Source of the DNA: a virus
Length of the DNA stretch: 64,000 nucleotides
Direction: 5' to 3' (one strand)
Virus record (IMG/VR): IMGVR_UViG_3300045988_159436
The position numbers and the translations under genes are program-made. The notes below the pieces were generated by a model. It saw only the letters and a list, made by a program, of their open reading frames with translations. It had not been told where the DNA came from and searched no databases. Below, in pieces: positions 54,090-62,857 of the stretch (within the stretch, counting starts at the first letter, position 1; each line of letters opens with the position of its first letter).

Positions 54090-55931
54090 ATGAAAAATGG
54101 ATATACGTTATTTCTTTCTGGCGTTGAACCAGAAGAAAATTTCTATACTGCAATAGACGTTACTTCTAGTCTATTGCAGTCTTATTGGTATATAAAGCGG
54201 CGTGGAAAAGATAAAATTGTAGAACGTTTTGATAAAGTTAAGAAGAACTCTTTGTTAATTGATAGTGGAGCACATACCTTTCTCACTTTAGCAGAATATC
54301 AAGATAAGACAGTAGATTATTGGGAAGAGTATATAAAAGGGTATATAGCTTTTGTAAGAAAACATAGAGAAAAAGTATTTGCTTGTGTTGAAATGGATAT
54401 AGATACTTTAGTAGGAACAGAACAAGTAAATAAATGGAGAGAAGAATACTTTCATTCTTTAGAGGAAGAGGGCATTCCTGTTATTTATGTTTATCATGCA
54501 GAAAAAGGATTGGAAGAGTGGGAAAGAATGTGTAAAGCATATCCCTATGTAGGATTCTCTTATAATGAATTTGAAGATGCTATTTTAATTGATAAATTAT
54601 TTGAAATAGCAATGGAATATAAAACTAAAGTACATGGTTTTGCAGTATCGGGGTATAGGGAATTATTAAAACATGAGTATTATACAAGTGACAGTACAAG
54701 CTGGATTACAGGAGCTCAATATGGAGAATTAAACTATTTTGAAGGTGGAAAATTAAAGCGGTTAACAAAAGAGAAATGGAAAAATGAATATTATGCAAAA
54801 ATACTTGATTTATGCACAAGTAAAAAGTTACTAGAAGCAGAGGCTCCTTATGAATTAATGCGTATTAGTGCTTTAAGCTATAAGAAATTAGAAGAGCATG
54901 TAAATGATATATTTAGAGGTAAAAGATATTGGGTTGGAAGAAAGGAAGTGTCTAAAGTAGCGAGTAAGGAAAATTTACCGCCAGTAGAATGGTTTTCAAC
55001 TGATATGGAAGATTGGCAAGAATGGGCACAGAAATTAAATATAGATACTAACCTTCCTGATGAAGCAGGTAAATCATTAGTTGTTGCCTGTTACAATTTT
55101 GTGACAGATAATCCTATTATAAATGAGTATCCTCTTGAAGAGTTAATTGATTTATGTGGGCTTTTTGGTGATAAGAAGTCAAATACTCTTACCAAGTGCC
55201 GAAAAGCCCTTAAAGAGCACTTTACAGCTCTCTTAAAGGGCAGTATGGATTTATCCACTTTGACAGAAGAAGAAGTAGAAGAGAAAAAAAATGTAGCTCC
55301 AAAAGAGCGGGAAGAGTATGTTCAAGAAAAAGAGTATGTAGAATGTACTGTTAGCAAGGAAGAGTGTCAAGGTTTATTAAAAGGATTATTAACTTCTGGT
55401 GTGACAGATGAAGCAGAGAAAGCTTTAATTGAACAGGGAATAGAGCCTATTTATGATGAGAATGGAAATATTAAAGCAGGTATTAAACGAATAAAGAAAA
55501 GAAAATCTTTAAGTTCAAGTGTGATGCCAGAGTTAAGTTGCAATATTTGTACTAAAGCACGGAGATGTCCTTTATATGAAGAAGGAATGCTTTGTGCTTA
55601 TAATAAAATGTTTAAGCAATTTGATACAAGAAATCCCGAAGATGTAGTAGATGCTATGAGCAGTATTGCAAATTTAAGTTTAGAAAGATTATCAAGGGCT
55701 GTAACATTTGAAAAGTTAGATGGTGGCTTAAATACTAAAGAAGTAACAGAGACAATGGCAGAAGCATGGAAATATCTTGAAAAGATACAAGAAATTCAAA
55801 CAAAGAGTGATAAAGTTATAGCAGAGCGTAGAGTTGTAACTTCTTCTAATGGCGATGTAGAAGTAAGAGAAAGTGTAACAGGAAATCCGCAAGGTTTATT
55901 GTCTGAGATTCTAAAAACAAAAAAAAGTTGA
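54090..55931 (+). CDS. dpdA: DpdA-like (tRNA-guanine transglycosylase family) DNA 7-deazaguanine transglycosylase with C-terminal extension
   Basis: LLIDSGAHTFLTL resembles TGT ILTDSGGFQVFSL; genomic association with queD/E/C. Confidence 0.4.
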   Translation: MKNGYTLFLSGVEPEENFYTAIDVTSSLLQSYWYIKRRGKDKIVERFDKVKKNSLLIDSGAHTFLTLAEYQDKTVDYWEEYIKGYIAFVRKHREKVFACVEMDIDTLVGTEQVNKWREEYFHSLEEEGIPVIYVYHAEKGLEEWERMCKAYPYVGFSYNEFEDAILIDKLFEIAMEYKTKVHGFAVSGYRELLKHEYYTSDSTSWITGAQYGELNYFEGGKLKRLTKEKWKNEYYAKILDLCTSKKLLEAEAPYELMRISALSYKKLEEHVNDIFRGKRYWVGRKEVSKVASKENLPPVEWFSTDMEDWQEWAQKLNIDTNLPDEAGKSLVVACYNFVTDNPIINEYPLEELIDLCGLFGDKKSNTLTKCRKALKEHFTALLKGSMDLSTLTEEEVEEKKNVAPKEREEYVQEKEYVECTVSKEECQGLLKGLLTSGVTDEAEKALIEQGIEPIYDENGNIKAGIKRIKKRKSLSSSVMPELSCNICTKARRCPLYEEGMLCAYNKMFKQFDTRNPEDVVDAMSSIANLSLERLSRAVTFEKLDGGLNTKEVTETMAEAWKYLEKIQEIQTKSDKVIAERRVVTSSNGDVEVRESVTGNPQGLLSEILKTKKS

Positions 55932-55955
55932 CAATAATCCCTTAATATGGTATAA
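55927..55955 (+). promoter_or_regulatory. consensus promoter embedded in a terminator hairpin (55935-55981)
   Basis: TTGACA-17-TATAAT; inverted repeat aatcccttaatat / atattaagggatt flanks the -10, then T8. Confidence 0.5.
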
Positions 55956-55996
55956 TAAAACTATATTAAGGGATTTTTTTTAAGAGGTGGCAATAA

Positions 55997-56314
55997 ATGA
56001 AGATAATTAGTTATGGAAAAAGATTTAGATTATTAGAAAAAGGGTATATTGGAGACAGGTTGTTTTCTAAAGGGTCAATATTTATGGCTACAGGATTAAT
56101 TAGTTTTAAGGGTAATAATCTGTTCCGTGTTTATAATCCTGATGGCAGTTTAAAACAAAATTTGCATACTGGTAATGGACATGTAAATTTTTCTTTAAGT
56201 TTATCTCCTATATCAAAAGATGAGCTTTTAGCATCAGAAGAATGTTATTGGTTTTTAAATGATAGAGAATTAAGAATTTATTTTAAAGAAATTGTCTATG
56301 AGGAATGGGAGTAA
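55997..56314 (+). CDS. small protein, WE-terminal family
   Basis: ends ..YEEWE. Confidence 0.4.
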   Translation: MKIISYGKRFRLLEKGYIGDRLFSKGSIFMATGLISFKGNNLFRVYNPDGSLKQNLHTGNGHVNFSLSLSPISKDELLASEECYWFLNDRELRIYFKEIVYEEWE

Positions 56315-56628
56315 GAGTTATGAAAAAATACAAAGAAACTTTTATAACAAAAAGTCAGTTTTCTGATGGATTAAGGACTTTTCCTAAAGGAACAATATTT
56401 GAAAGCACAGGAGTTTTTTGTGGCAGTGAAACACTTTTTTGTGTTTACTATCCCGATGGCTCTCCTTATACTTGTTTACATGATGGCAATAGTGCTCAAA
56501 TAATGCTTTTTAATAGTACACCTATAACATTAGCTGAAATTCGAGCACAAGGTGATTGTCATTGGTGGGTTAAAGATTCTGATATTAATGAATATTTTAT
56601 ACCAAAATCATCTTTAGAATGGGAGTGA
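56305..56628 (+). CDS. small protein, WE-terminal family
   Basis: ATGGGAGTAA junction; ends ..SLEWE. Confidence 0.4.
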   Translation: MGVRVMKKYKETFITKSQFSDGLRTFPKGTIFESTGVFCGSETLFCVYYPDGSPYTCLHDGNSAQIMLFNSTPITLAEIRAQGDCHWWVKDSDINEYFIPKSSLEWE

Positions 56629-56897
56629 AAAAATTGAGCATAACACTAGGAGAGTATTTTATAGTTACTAGTCCTTTCAAACATGATGGTAATGTATTTC
56701 ACAGAGGTGATTTATTGCGGGTAATTAAAATATATGATAGTTGGTCTAAAGTTTTAGTTTCCAACAAATCTTGGATAACAACTAAAGCAGGGCATACAGA
56801 CACAGAAAATCAATATAGTTTTGGTAGGGGAACAAATTGGAATATTGATATAGAGTATTTATTTGAAAATTGTGTTTGCAGGTCAGAATGGGAGTAG
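56619..56897 (+). CDS. small protein, WE-terminal family
   Basis: ATGGGAGTGA junction; ends ..RSEWE. Confidence 0.4.
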   Translation: MGVKKLSITLGEYFIVTSPFKHDGNVFHRGDLLRVIKIYDSWSKVLVSNKSWITTKAGHTDTENQYSFGRGTNWNIDIEYLFENCVCRSEWE

Positions 56898-57259
56898 TGG
56901 AGATAAGATATAAAGCAGGAGATGTAGTAAAAATTGACAAAACAAGATTTGTTATAGAAAGAGTTACTAAAAAAGGCTATATTTTATTTCCTCATATAGG
57001 ATTTTTCGTAAAGGATTGCCAAATAAATAAAAAAATTAAAGTGAAGAAATCTTATGAATTAGGAGATAAATTTAAATGTCTATGTGACTTTAGTTCAGGG
57101 ACTTCTGTGGCGAAAAAAGACAAACATTATATTTGTACACAGAAATTTTCAGATGGCACATATATGCTTACAAGAATAAAAAATAAAGAAGAGAAATTAA
57201 GAGTGAATACAAATCAGATTCATGCTTATTTTAGACATTATTTTGGAGGTTGGGAATAG
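56870..57259 (+). CDS. small protein, WE-terminal family
   Basis: ATGGGAGTAG junction; ends ..FGGWE. Confidence 0.4.
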   Translation: MCLQVRMGVVEIRYKAGDVVKIDKTRFVIERVTKKGYILFPHIGFFVKDCQINKKIKVKKSYELGDKFKCLCDFSSGTSVAKKDKHYICTQKFSDGTYMLTRIKNKEEKLRVNTNQIHAYFRHYFGGWE

Positions 57260-57462
57260 TGCCAATAGGAACAAGAGTAAGAATAAGAGAAGATTTAAAA
57301 ACTACAGAAACTTATGGTGGTGTAAGAGTTATAGAAGATATGCTAGTTTATGCAGGTAAAGAAACAACAATAATTTGGCATGAAGCTAATGTATATCATA
57401 TACTTTTAGATGATGGTTTTTACTATTGGACAGATGGAATGTTTATTAGTGAATGGGAATAA
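57250..57462 (+). CDS. small protein, WE-terminal family (close paralog of 60441)
   Basis: TTG start overlapping the stop; YYWTDGMFISEWE C-terminus. Confidence 0.4.
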   Translation: MGIVPIGTRVRIREDLKTTETYGGVRVIEDMLVYAGKETTIIWHEANVYHILLDDGFYYWTDGMFISEWE

Positions 57463-57469
57463 AAAAGTC

Positions 57470-57498
57470 TTGACAAAATAAAATAGTTGTGGTATAAT
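57470..57498 (+). promoter_or_regulatory. consensus promoter (36-bp element identical to 58325-58360)
   Basis: TTGACA-17-TGgTATAAT. Confidence 0.6.
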
Positions 57499-57531
57499 AA
57501 GTGCATAAGATATTGAAAGAGAGGTTATAAC

Positions 57532-58323
57532 ATGTGTATTATAATTTATAAACCAGCAAAAGCTACACTAAAAAAAGAAACATTAAAAACAGCATTTGAA
57601 AACAATCCTGATGGTGCAGGATTTATGTACCAATCTGATTTACTTGAAGCTCCTAAAATGCAAAAGGGATTTTTTGATTTTGATAAATTTTATGAGGCAT
57701 ATGAGAAAGTGGCTGAAAGTGATAAAGGTTATAATATTGCTGTTCATTTTAGAATTGCAACGCATGGAGCTGTTAATAGTTTAAACTGTCATCCTTTTAT
57801 TGTTAAAGAAAGTGTTGAAAAAACTATTAGCGAAAAAGGACAGTATAGTTCTTTATTTATGCAAAATGGTGTTATTAAAAGTATTTCTGTAAATAAGAAA
57901 GATAAATATAGTGATACTTGTAATTTCACCTATAAAATTATGTCTAAAATTAAAACATTAACAAGCATGAAGATAAAAGATATTCTGGAAACTATTGAAT
58001 CTCCAAGTAGATTTTGTTTAATGCAAGAAGGGCGAAAACCTTTATTGATTGGTAGTTTCAAAAAAGATGGTGGAGTAAGTTTTAGTAATGAATCCTATAA
58101 AGAAATAAAAACTGCTATTTCTTATCCTACTACTTTTGAAACTTATTTACTTGCATTCGAAGATTGCGATGCAAAAGATATTAGAGATATTGAAACAGAA
58201 CTTAAAGATGACCAATGTGGAATTATTGATGCTTATAATGTAGGAGATGTAACTTTCTTTGAAACGAACTATCTCCCTATTAGAGAAAAGATTGCAGGTA
58301 AAGAATTTCGATGTTATCGTTGA
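57532..58323 (+). CDS. class-II (Ntn) glutamine amidotransferase-like protein, paralog A
   Basis: Met-Cys N-terminus MCIIIYKP; NNPDGAGF; HFRIATHG; NCHPF; paralog of 61935. Confidence 0.5.
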   Translation: MCIIIYKPAKATLKKETLKTAFENNPDGAGFMYQSDLLEAPKMQKGFFDFDKFYEAYEKVAESDKGYNIAVHFRIATHGAVNSLNCHPFIVKESVEKTISEKGQYSSLFMQNGVIKSISVNKKDKYSDTCNFTYKIMSKIKTLTSMKIKDILETIESPSRFCLMQEGRKPLLIGSFKKDGGVSFSNESYKEIKTAISYPTTFETYLLAFEDCDAKDIRDIETELKDDQCGIIDAYNVGDVTFFETNYLPIREKIAGKEFRCYR

Positions 58324-58329
58324 AAAGTC

Positions 58330-58358
58330 TTGACAAAATAAAATAGTTGTGGTATAAT
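58330..58358 (+). promoter_or_regulatory. consensus promoter (duplicate of 57470)
   Basis: identical TTGACAAAATAAAATAGTTGTGGTATAAT. Confidence 0.6.
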
Positions 58359-58390
58359 ATAAATACACTAAAAATAAAGGAGATAATAGT

Positions 58391-58783
58391 ATGAATTTTC
58401 GCATTAACGATGTAGTAACATTAAAACAAGGATTGACAGGTGAAAAAGAAAAGTATAGCGGCAAGACTTTAATGATTCGAGCTATTTCCGAAGGGCATTA
58501 CATTATGAAAGTACCTAATAAAACTGCACCAAAAGATAATCGTGAACTTATGGATGTAAGTTTTAATGATGCTGATATTCAATTAAATCCTTTAGAAGTA
58601 AAGGTAGAAACTGAATCTGATGGAATTATTGATATTATGGCTAAAAATTCAAAAGATGAATGGATTGCAATTTTACGGTTACAGGATGGAGAATTATTGC
58701 GTAAAAAAGATTTAGCAAAACAAGGTTTTTCTGGCTTGAAGTTAGACTTTAAAGGAAGACTTCGGTTAGTAACCAGTTATTAA
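58391..58783 (+). CDS. hypothetical protein
   Basis: RBS aaggag. Confidence 0.4.
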   Translation: MNFRINDVVTLKQGLTGEKEKYSGKTLMIRAISEGHYIMKVPNKTAPKDNRELMDVSFNDADIQLNPLEVKVETESDGIIDIMAKNSKDEWIAILRLQDGELLRKKDLAKQGFSGLKLDFKGRLRLVTSY

Positions 58784-59091
58784 TGTTACCTGAATATATA
58801 AGTGCTGAAAATGGAATAAAGTATGTGCCTTTTACTGGCAATATTTTATTCCTTAAAAGTATATTATATGAACACAATAATTTTCCAATAAGATTACTTT
58901 TAGAAGAAGAACAATTATCCGCTTTTATCATTGTTTATGTAACAGCAAAGAACTTAATTTGTGTGGATACAAGTTCAGAAGGTAAATTGTTTGAAAGTAT
59001 TTTAAAAATACCTGTTAGCACTTTAAAAGAGCGTGTGTTTGAGGGAATAAATTATGAAATTTACATTAAACAAACTGCTTTAGGAGAGTAG
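58783..59091 (+). CDS. hypothetical protein
   Basis: ORF. Confidence 0.35.
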   Translation: MLPEYISAENGIKYVPFTGNILFLKSILYEHNNFPIRLLLEEEQLSAFIIVYVTAKNLICVDTSSEGKLFESILKIPVSTLKERVFEGINYEIYIKQTALGE

Positions 59092-59094
59092 CCA

Positions 59095-59430
59095 ATGAAA
59101 AGATATCACATAGCAGTAAAATTTGATAAAGAAAAGATAGCAAATATAGATTTCTGTAAATTACATTTAATATTTACTAAACATTTTAAACAAAGAGCAT
59201 GTTTAAAAAGGATTCCTAAGCCTTATAAAGCTCTGTTAAAAAGGGGTAAGATTTTTGAGTATCATACAGATGATAATGAAAATTTGCTTAAATTTGTCAT
59301 ACGTTGTAAATACAACGAAAATTGTGATGTTTGTTATGTGTTAACTCCTACTGGCAGGGTTATTACTGGTTGGTGGCAAGATACAAATGATAGTCATTCA
59401 ACATTAAAAATAAATTTATATGAAAGGTGA
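59095..59430 (+). CDS. hypothetical protein
   Basis: ORF. Confidence 0.35.
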   Translation: MKRYHIAVKFDKEKIANIDFCKLHLIFTKHFKQRACLKRIPKPYKALLKRGKIFEYHTDDNENLLKFVIRCKYNENCDVCYVLTPTGRVITGWWQDTNDSHSTLKINLYER

Positions 59431-59971
59431 TAAGAATATGAATAAGAAAACTGATGAAATCAAAAAAAGTGGAGATGAAGATTTTCAAGCATTTGTAGAC
59501 CTTTGTTCTGCTATTATGCTTGGTGAGGATAAGAGAGCAGAATCAGTAATGAGAAAAGCAGTAAAGAAAGCGACTAAAGAACTTGATAATATTGATATCC
59601 CTAAAGGTTATACTATTGATACTGAACGTTGGAAGCAATTTCCTCAATTAGAATCAGGAATGCTGGTTTTTGTTTCAAATGGTTGCTGGGGCAAAATTTC
59701 TGAAGATTACGAAACTGGTCGTCTTTATTTTTATCGTAAAGGAGGAGCAATTTCTTTAGGTGAATTGCAAAAACAAACTGGAAAAGGTTTAGAAGAATTA
59801 TTTATAGAAGTATACGTTCCTAAGAATCAGTTTGCAATTCATTCATACAATCCTGAGAATTTTAATTTGCATTATACTTGTTTGAAAAAGAAACCTGAAA
59901 AAGTGCGTATTTCTTTAGCAGAATTGTTGAAAAGAGCGGGGTTAGAAGGAAAGGAAGTTGAAATTCATTAA
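59420..59971 (+). CDS. hypothetical protein
   Basis: ORF. Confidence 0.4.
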   Translation: MKGDKNMNKKTDEIKKSGDEDFQAFVDLCSAIMLGEDKRAESVMRKAVKKATKELDNIDIPKGYTIDTERWKQFPQLESGMLVFVSNGCWGKISEDYETGRLYFYRKGGAISLGELQKQTGKGLEELFIEVYVPKNQFAIHSYNPENFNLHYTCLKKKPEKVRISLAELLKRAGLEGKEVEIH

Positions 59972-60195
59972 TGTTTGGATGTGCGGCTTGTTTAACGATT
60001 TTTTTATTCACTATTAACTTATTAGGCTATGTCTCTTTAAGTTATTGGATTATTTTCGCACCAGTTATTTTTGCCTTTGGCATTACAGCTCTTTTTGGAC
60101 TATTTGCAGTAGGTATTATAGCGACAATGGATTATATTGTTACATCAGAAAGGTTTAAGGAATGGAAGGACTTACACAAACAAGAAAAGAATTAA
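59971..60195 (+). CDS. membrane protein (2 TM)
   Basis: hydrophobic. Confidence 0.35.
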   Translation: MFGCAACLTIFLFTINLLGYVSLSYWIIFAPVIFAFGITALFGLFAVGIIATMDYIVTSERFKEWKDLHKQEKN

Positions 60196-60374
60196 TAGAA
60201 TCTGCTATTAAGCTTCTTTTAGATTGCGATGATTATGAAGGTTTAAATTTTAAAGAATATGATACGACACAAGAAATAGTAGAAATTCCAAGTAAAGAAT
60301 TTGAGCTTTTACACAAACTTTCCCGAATTGGAAGTTTGTTTGTACTTTCTATTTTAGAGAGTGAGCAAAAATAG
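60162..60374 (+). CDS. hypothetical protein
   Basis: ORF. Confidence 0.3.
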   Translation: MEGLTQTRKELIESAIKLLLDCDDYEGLNFKEYDTTQEIVEIPSKEFELLHKLSRIGSLFVLSILESEQK

Positions 60375-60375
60375 T

Positions 60376-60404
60376 TTGACAAAATCCCTTACATGTGATA
60401 TAAT
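60376..60404 (+). promoter_or_regulatory. consensus promoter embedded in a hairpin/T-run
   Basis: TTGACA-17-TATAAT; aatcccttacat..atgtaagggatt inverted repeat around the -10, then ttttt. Confidence 0.5.
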
Positions 60405-60440
60405 GCATATGTAAGGGATTTTTACTAAGGGGGCTTACAA

Positions 60441-60659
60441 ATGATGCCAATAGGAGCAGAAGTAAAAATAAGAAAAGATTTAAAATTAGGTGTACTTTAT
60501 AAAAACAGAAATAATAAACGTGCTATGCATGCTTGTAGAGGCATGTTATTATTGGCAGGTAAAAAAGCGTTTATAACAAATAATGTTAATAATATTTACT
60601 CTATAGATAATAGTTTTTATTATTGGACAGATGGAATGTTTGAAACTGAATGGGAATAA
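60441..60659 (+). CDS. small protein, WE-terminal family
   Basis: YYWTDGMFETEWE; paralog of 57250. Confidence 0.4.
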   Translation: MMPIGAEVKIRKDLKLGVLYKNRNNKRAMHACRGMLLLAGKKAFITNNVNNIYSIDNSFYYWTDGMFETEWE

Positions 60660-60666
60660 AAAAGTC

Positions 60667-60695
60667 TTGACAAATTTAAAAGAAAATGATATAAT
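60667..60695 (+). promoter_or_regulatory. consensus promoter
   Basis: TTGACA-17-TATAAT. Confidence 0.6.
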
Positions 60696-60725
60696 ACATT
60701 TATCAAATCAAAAGGAGATGTAAAA

Positions 60726-61898
60726 ATGTTAAATTGCAAAATTTGTGGTAATGAAATTAGTGGAACTTATACAATTTATCAAAAAGACGGAGTAGAATAT
60801 CCAGCACATATTGAATGCGTTGAAGAAAATAAGCAACATTGTGATGAGTGCAATAAATTTTTTGATAGAGAAGATTTAAAAACTACAACATTAGGAAACC
60901 ATTATTGCCCAGATTGTTTGTCTGAAAAAACTGTAGTTTGTGGAAAATGTGGTAAACACGTAGAAAATGCACCATTGAAAAGAGTAAATAGTGTATCTTA
61001 TTGTCAAGAATGTTTTGAACAGAAATGGGTATATTGTGCAAAATGTGGTAAAAGGGTTTTAAGAAGTAGAGCAAAAAATTTAAATAATACACATTATTGC
61101 GCTTCATGTGCTAGTTCTGTTGTTAAGGTAGAAAATTATAGTTACAAACCTACCCCTATATTTTGTGGTGTAGATAGTTCTCGTTATTTTGGTATTGAAG
61201 TCGAAACTGAGGGCAGAGAAAATAATCTTTATGCGGAAGAAATTATTGGAGATTCAAAAATTTTCTATGCAAAACATGATGGCAGTTTAAATGACGGAAT
61301 TGAATTTGTAAGTCATCCTTGCACTCTTAACTATTGGAGAGAGGAATCCAAGCTTGATGAATTTTGCAAAAGGGCGATTGGTTTAGGGTTTAATTCTCAT
61401 AAAACTACTTCTTGTGGATTGCATGTTCATATTACTAAATCTACAGTAGAAAGGGAAGCTTTTGAAAAAGTGCTTCTGTTTTTGAGTAATAACTGGGATG
61501 ATGTGGTGAAATTTACCCGCCGCAAAAGTTCCAGCATTAATAGATGGGCGGCTAATAATTTAGGGGATGCGCCAATGATTAAAACTTGTACTCTTGCACA
61601 AAAAATGAAATTAGTAAAAGAGTATTCTTCTGGCAGTCGTTATGTAGCAGTAAATGAAACATCTAAAACATATGAATTTCGTATTTTTAGGGGAACTTTA
61701 AAACCTGAAACTATTTTAGCTTGTATTGAGTTTTGCGATGCTCTTATCAATTTATGTGCTAGTTTGCCTTTTGCAAACATTGAAACAGCTAATTTTAATA
61801 CTTTAATGGAATTTGCAAAACCTAAAGGATGCTATAAAGAGCTTGTAGAATATTGGGAAACTCGAACAATGAAGAAAAAGGATGTTGTTCTTGGATAA
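60726..61898 (+). CDS. zinc-ribbon-fused amidoligase (glutamine synthetase-like COOH-NH2 ligase family)
   Basis: four CxxC..CxxC ribbons at the N-terminus; YFGIEVETEG, HDGSLNDGIEFVSHP, GLHVHIT motifs; adjacent to the GATase paralogs. Confidence 0.45.
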   Translation: MLNCKICGNEISGTYTIYQKDGVEYPAHIECVEENKQHCDECNKFFDREDLKTTTLGNHYCPDCLSEKTVVCGKCGKHVENAPLKRVNSVSYCQECFEQKWVYCAKCGKRVLRSRAKNLNNTHYCASCASSVVKVENYSYKPTPIFCGVDSSRYFGIEVETEGRENNLYAEEIIGDSKIFYAKHDGSLNDGIEFVSHPCTLNYWREESKLDEFCKRAIGLGFNSHKTTSCGLHVHITKSTVEREAFEKVLLFLSNNWDDVVKFTRRKSSSINRWAANNLGDAPMIKTCTLAQKMKLVKEYSSGSRYVAVNETSKTYEFRIFRGTLKPETILACIEFCDALINLCASLPFANIETANFNTLMEFAKPKGCYKELVEYWETRTMKKKDVVLG

Positions 61899-61934
61899 AA
61901 AACTTTTATAATTAAAGAAAGCAGAGTGATATAA

Positions 61935-62543
61935 ATGTGTATTGTAATTTACCAACCTAAAGGAAAGCAAGTGCAAAAAGCAATTTTACAGAAAGCATTT
62001 GAAAACAATCCTGATGGTGCAGGATTTATGGTTCAAAAAGATAAAGAAGCACCATATATGATGAAGGGATTTTTTGATTTTGATAAATTTTATAAATCAT
62101 ATCTTCCATTTTCTAAAGGGGATTATAACGTAGCAATTCATTTTAGAATTGCTACACATGGAACAGTAAACAAAGATAACTGTCATCCATTTAAAATTTC
62201 TTCTGATATTGCTGATACTGTTTTATTTAATGGCAGGGCAGATTCGCTGATAATGCATAATGGCATTATTAGTAGCATTATGACACCAAGAAATCTGCCA
62301 TATAGTGATACAATGAATTTTATTGCAAAGATTTTATGTTGGATGAAAGACCTTAAATCTAAAGATTTGACAGAAGTATTAGAAAACCTCGAAAGTTATT
62401 CAAAGTTTTGTATAATGAGAAAAGGATTTGACCCCATTCTAGCGGGGCTTTTTATTGAAGATAGAGGTATTTTTTATAGCAATTCAACTTATAAATATAG
62501 TTATGTTAATACTTTTCAAAATTGTAAAACTTATTTAAATTAA
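61935..62543 (+). CDS. class-II (Ntn) glutamine amidotransferase-like protein, paralog B
   Basis: MCIVIYQP, NNPDGAGF, HFRIATHG, NCHPF. Confidence 0.5.
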   Translation: MCIVIYQPKGKQVQKAILQKAFENNPDGAGFMVQKDKEAPYMMKGFFDFDKFYKSYLPFSKGDYNVAIHFRIATHGTVNKDNCHPFKISSDIADTVLFNGRADSLIMHNGIISSIMTPRNLPYSDTMNFIAKILCWMKDLKSKDLTEVLENLESYSKFCIMRKGFDPILAGLFIEDRGIFYSNSTYKYSYVNTFQNCKTYLN

Positions 62544-62554
62544 GGAGGGTAAAA

Positions 62555-62857
62555 ATGGAAACGAGAAATTATATAAGCGAAGAGCTTTTTCAAAAAATGA
62601 AAGAAGCTTTAACTAAAAATGATGATACATTTTGTGATTTTTCCAGTGATGTAACTGTTATGTTAACTGTTCCAAAAACTTTAAGTAAATTTACAGTTTC
62701 CAAGAAAGTATTTCGTATTCGTATTAAAGATAATTGGTTTAGTGTAGATGCAAAAAGATTAAAAAGTCTCTCCTATGCGATACTAAATAAAAGATTAAAT
62801 AGAACAATATTAGCGGCAGAAGATGCTCCTGATGAAATCATTGCTTTTTGCGAATGA
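62555..62857 (+). CDS. hypothetical protein
   Basis: RBS aaggaggg. Confidence 0.4.
   Translation: METRNYISEELFQKMKEALTKNDDTFCDFSSDVTVMLTVPKTLSKFTVSKKVFRIRIKDNWFSVDAKRLKSLSYAILNKRLNRTILAAEDAPDEIIAFCE

Noticed and set aside
58147-58931. Reverse-strand ORFs 58147-58464 and 58749-58931
   Set aside because: They are antisense to the GATase-like gene and downstream + strand genes, and no promoter or RBS is evident.
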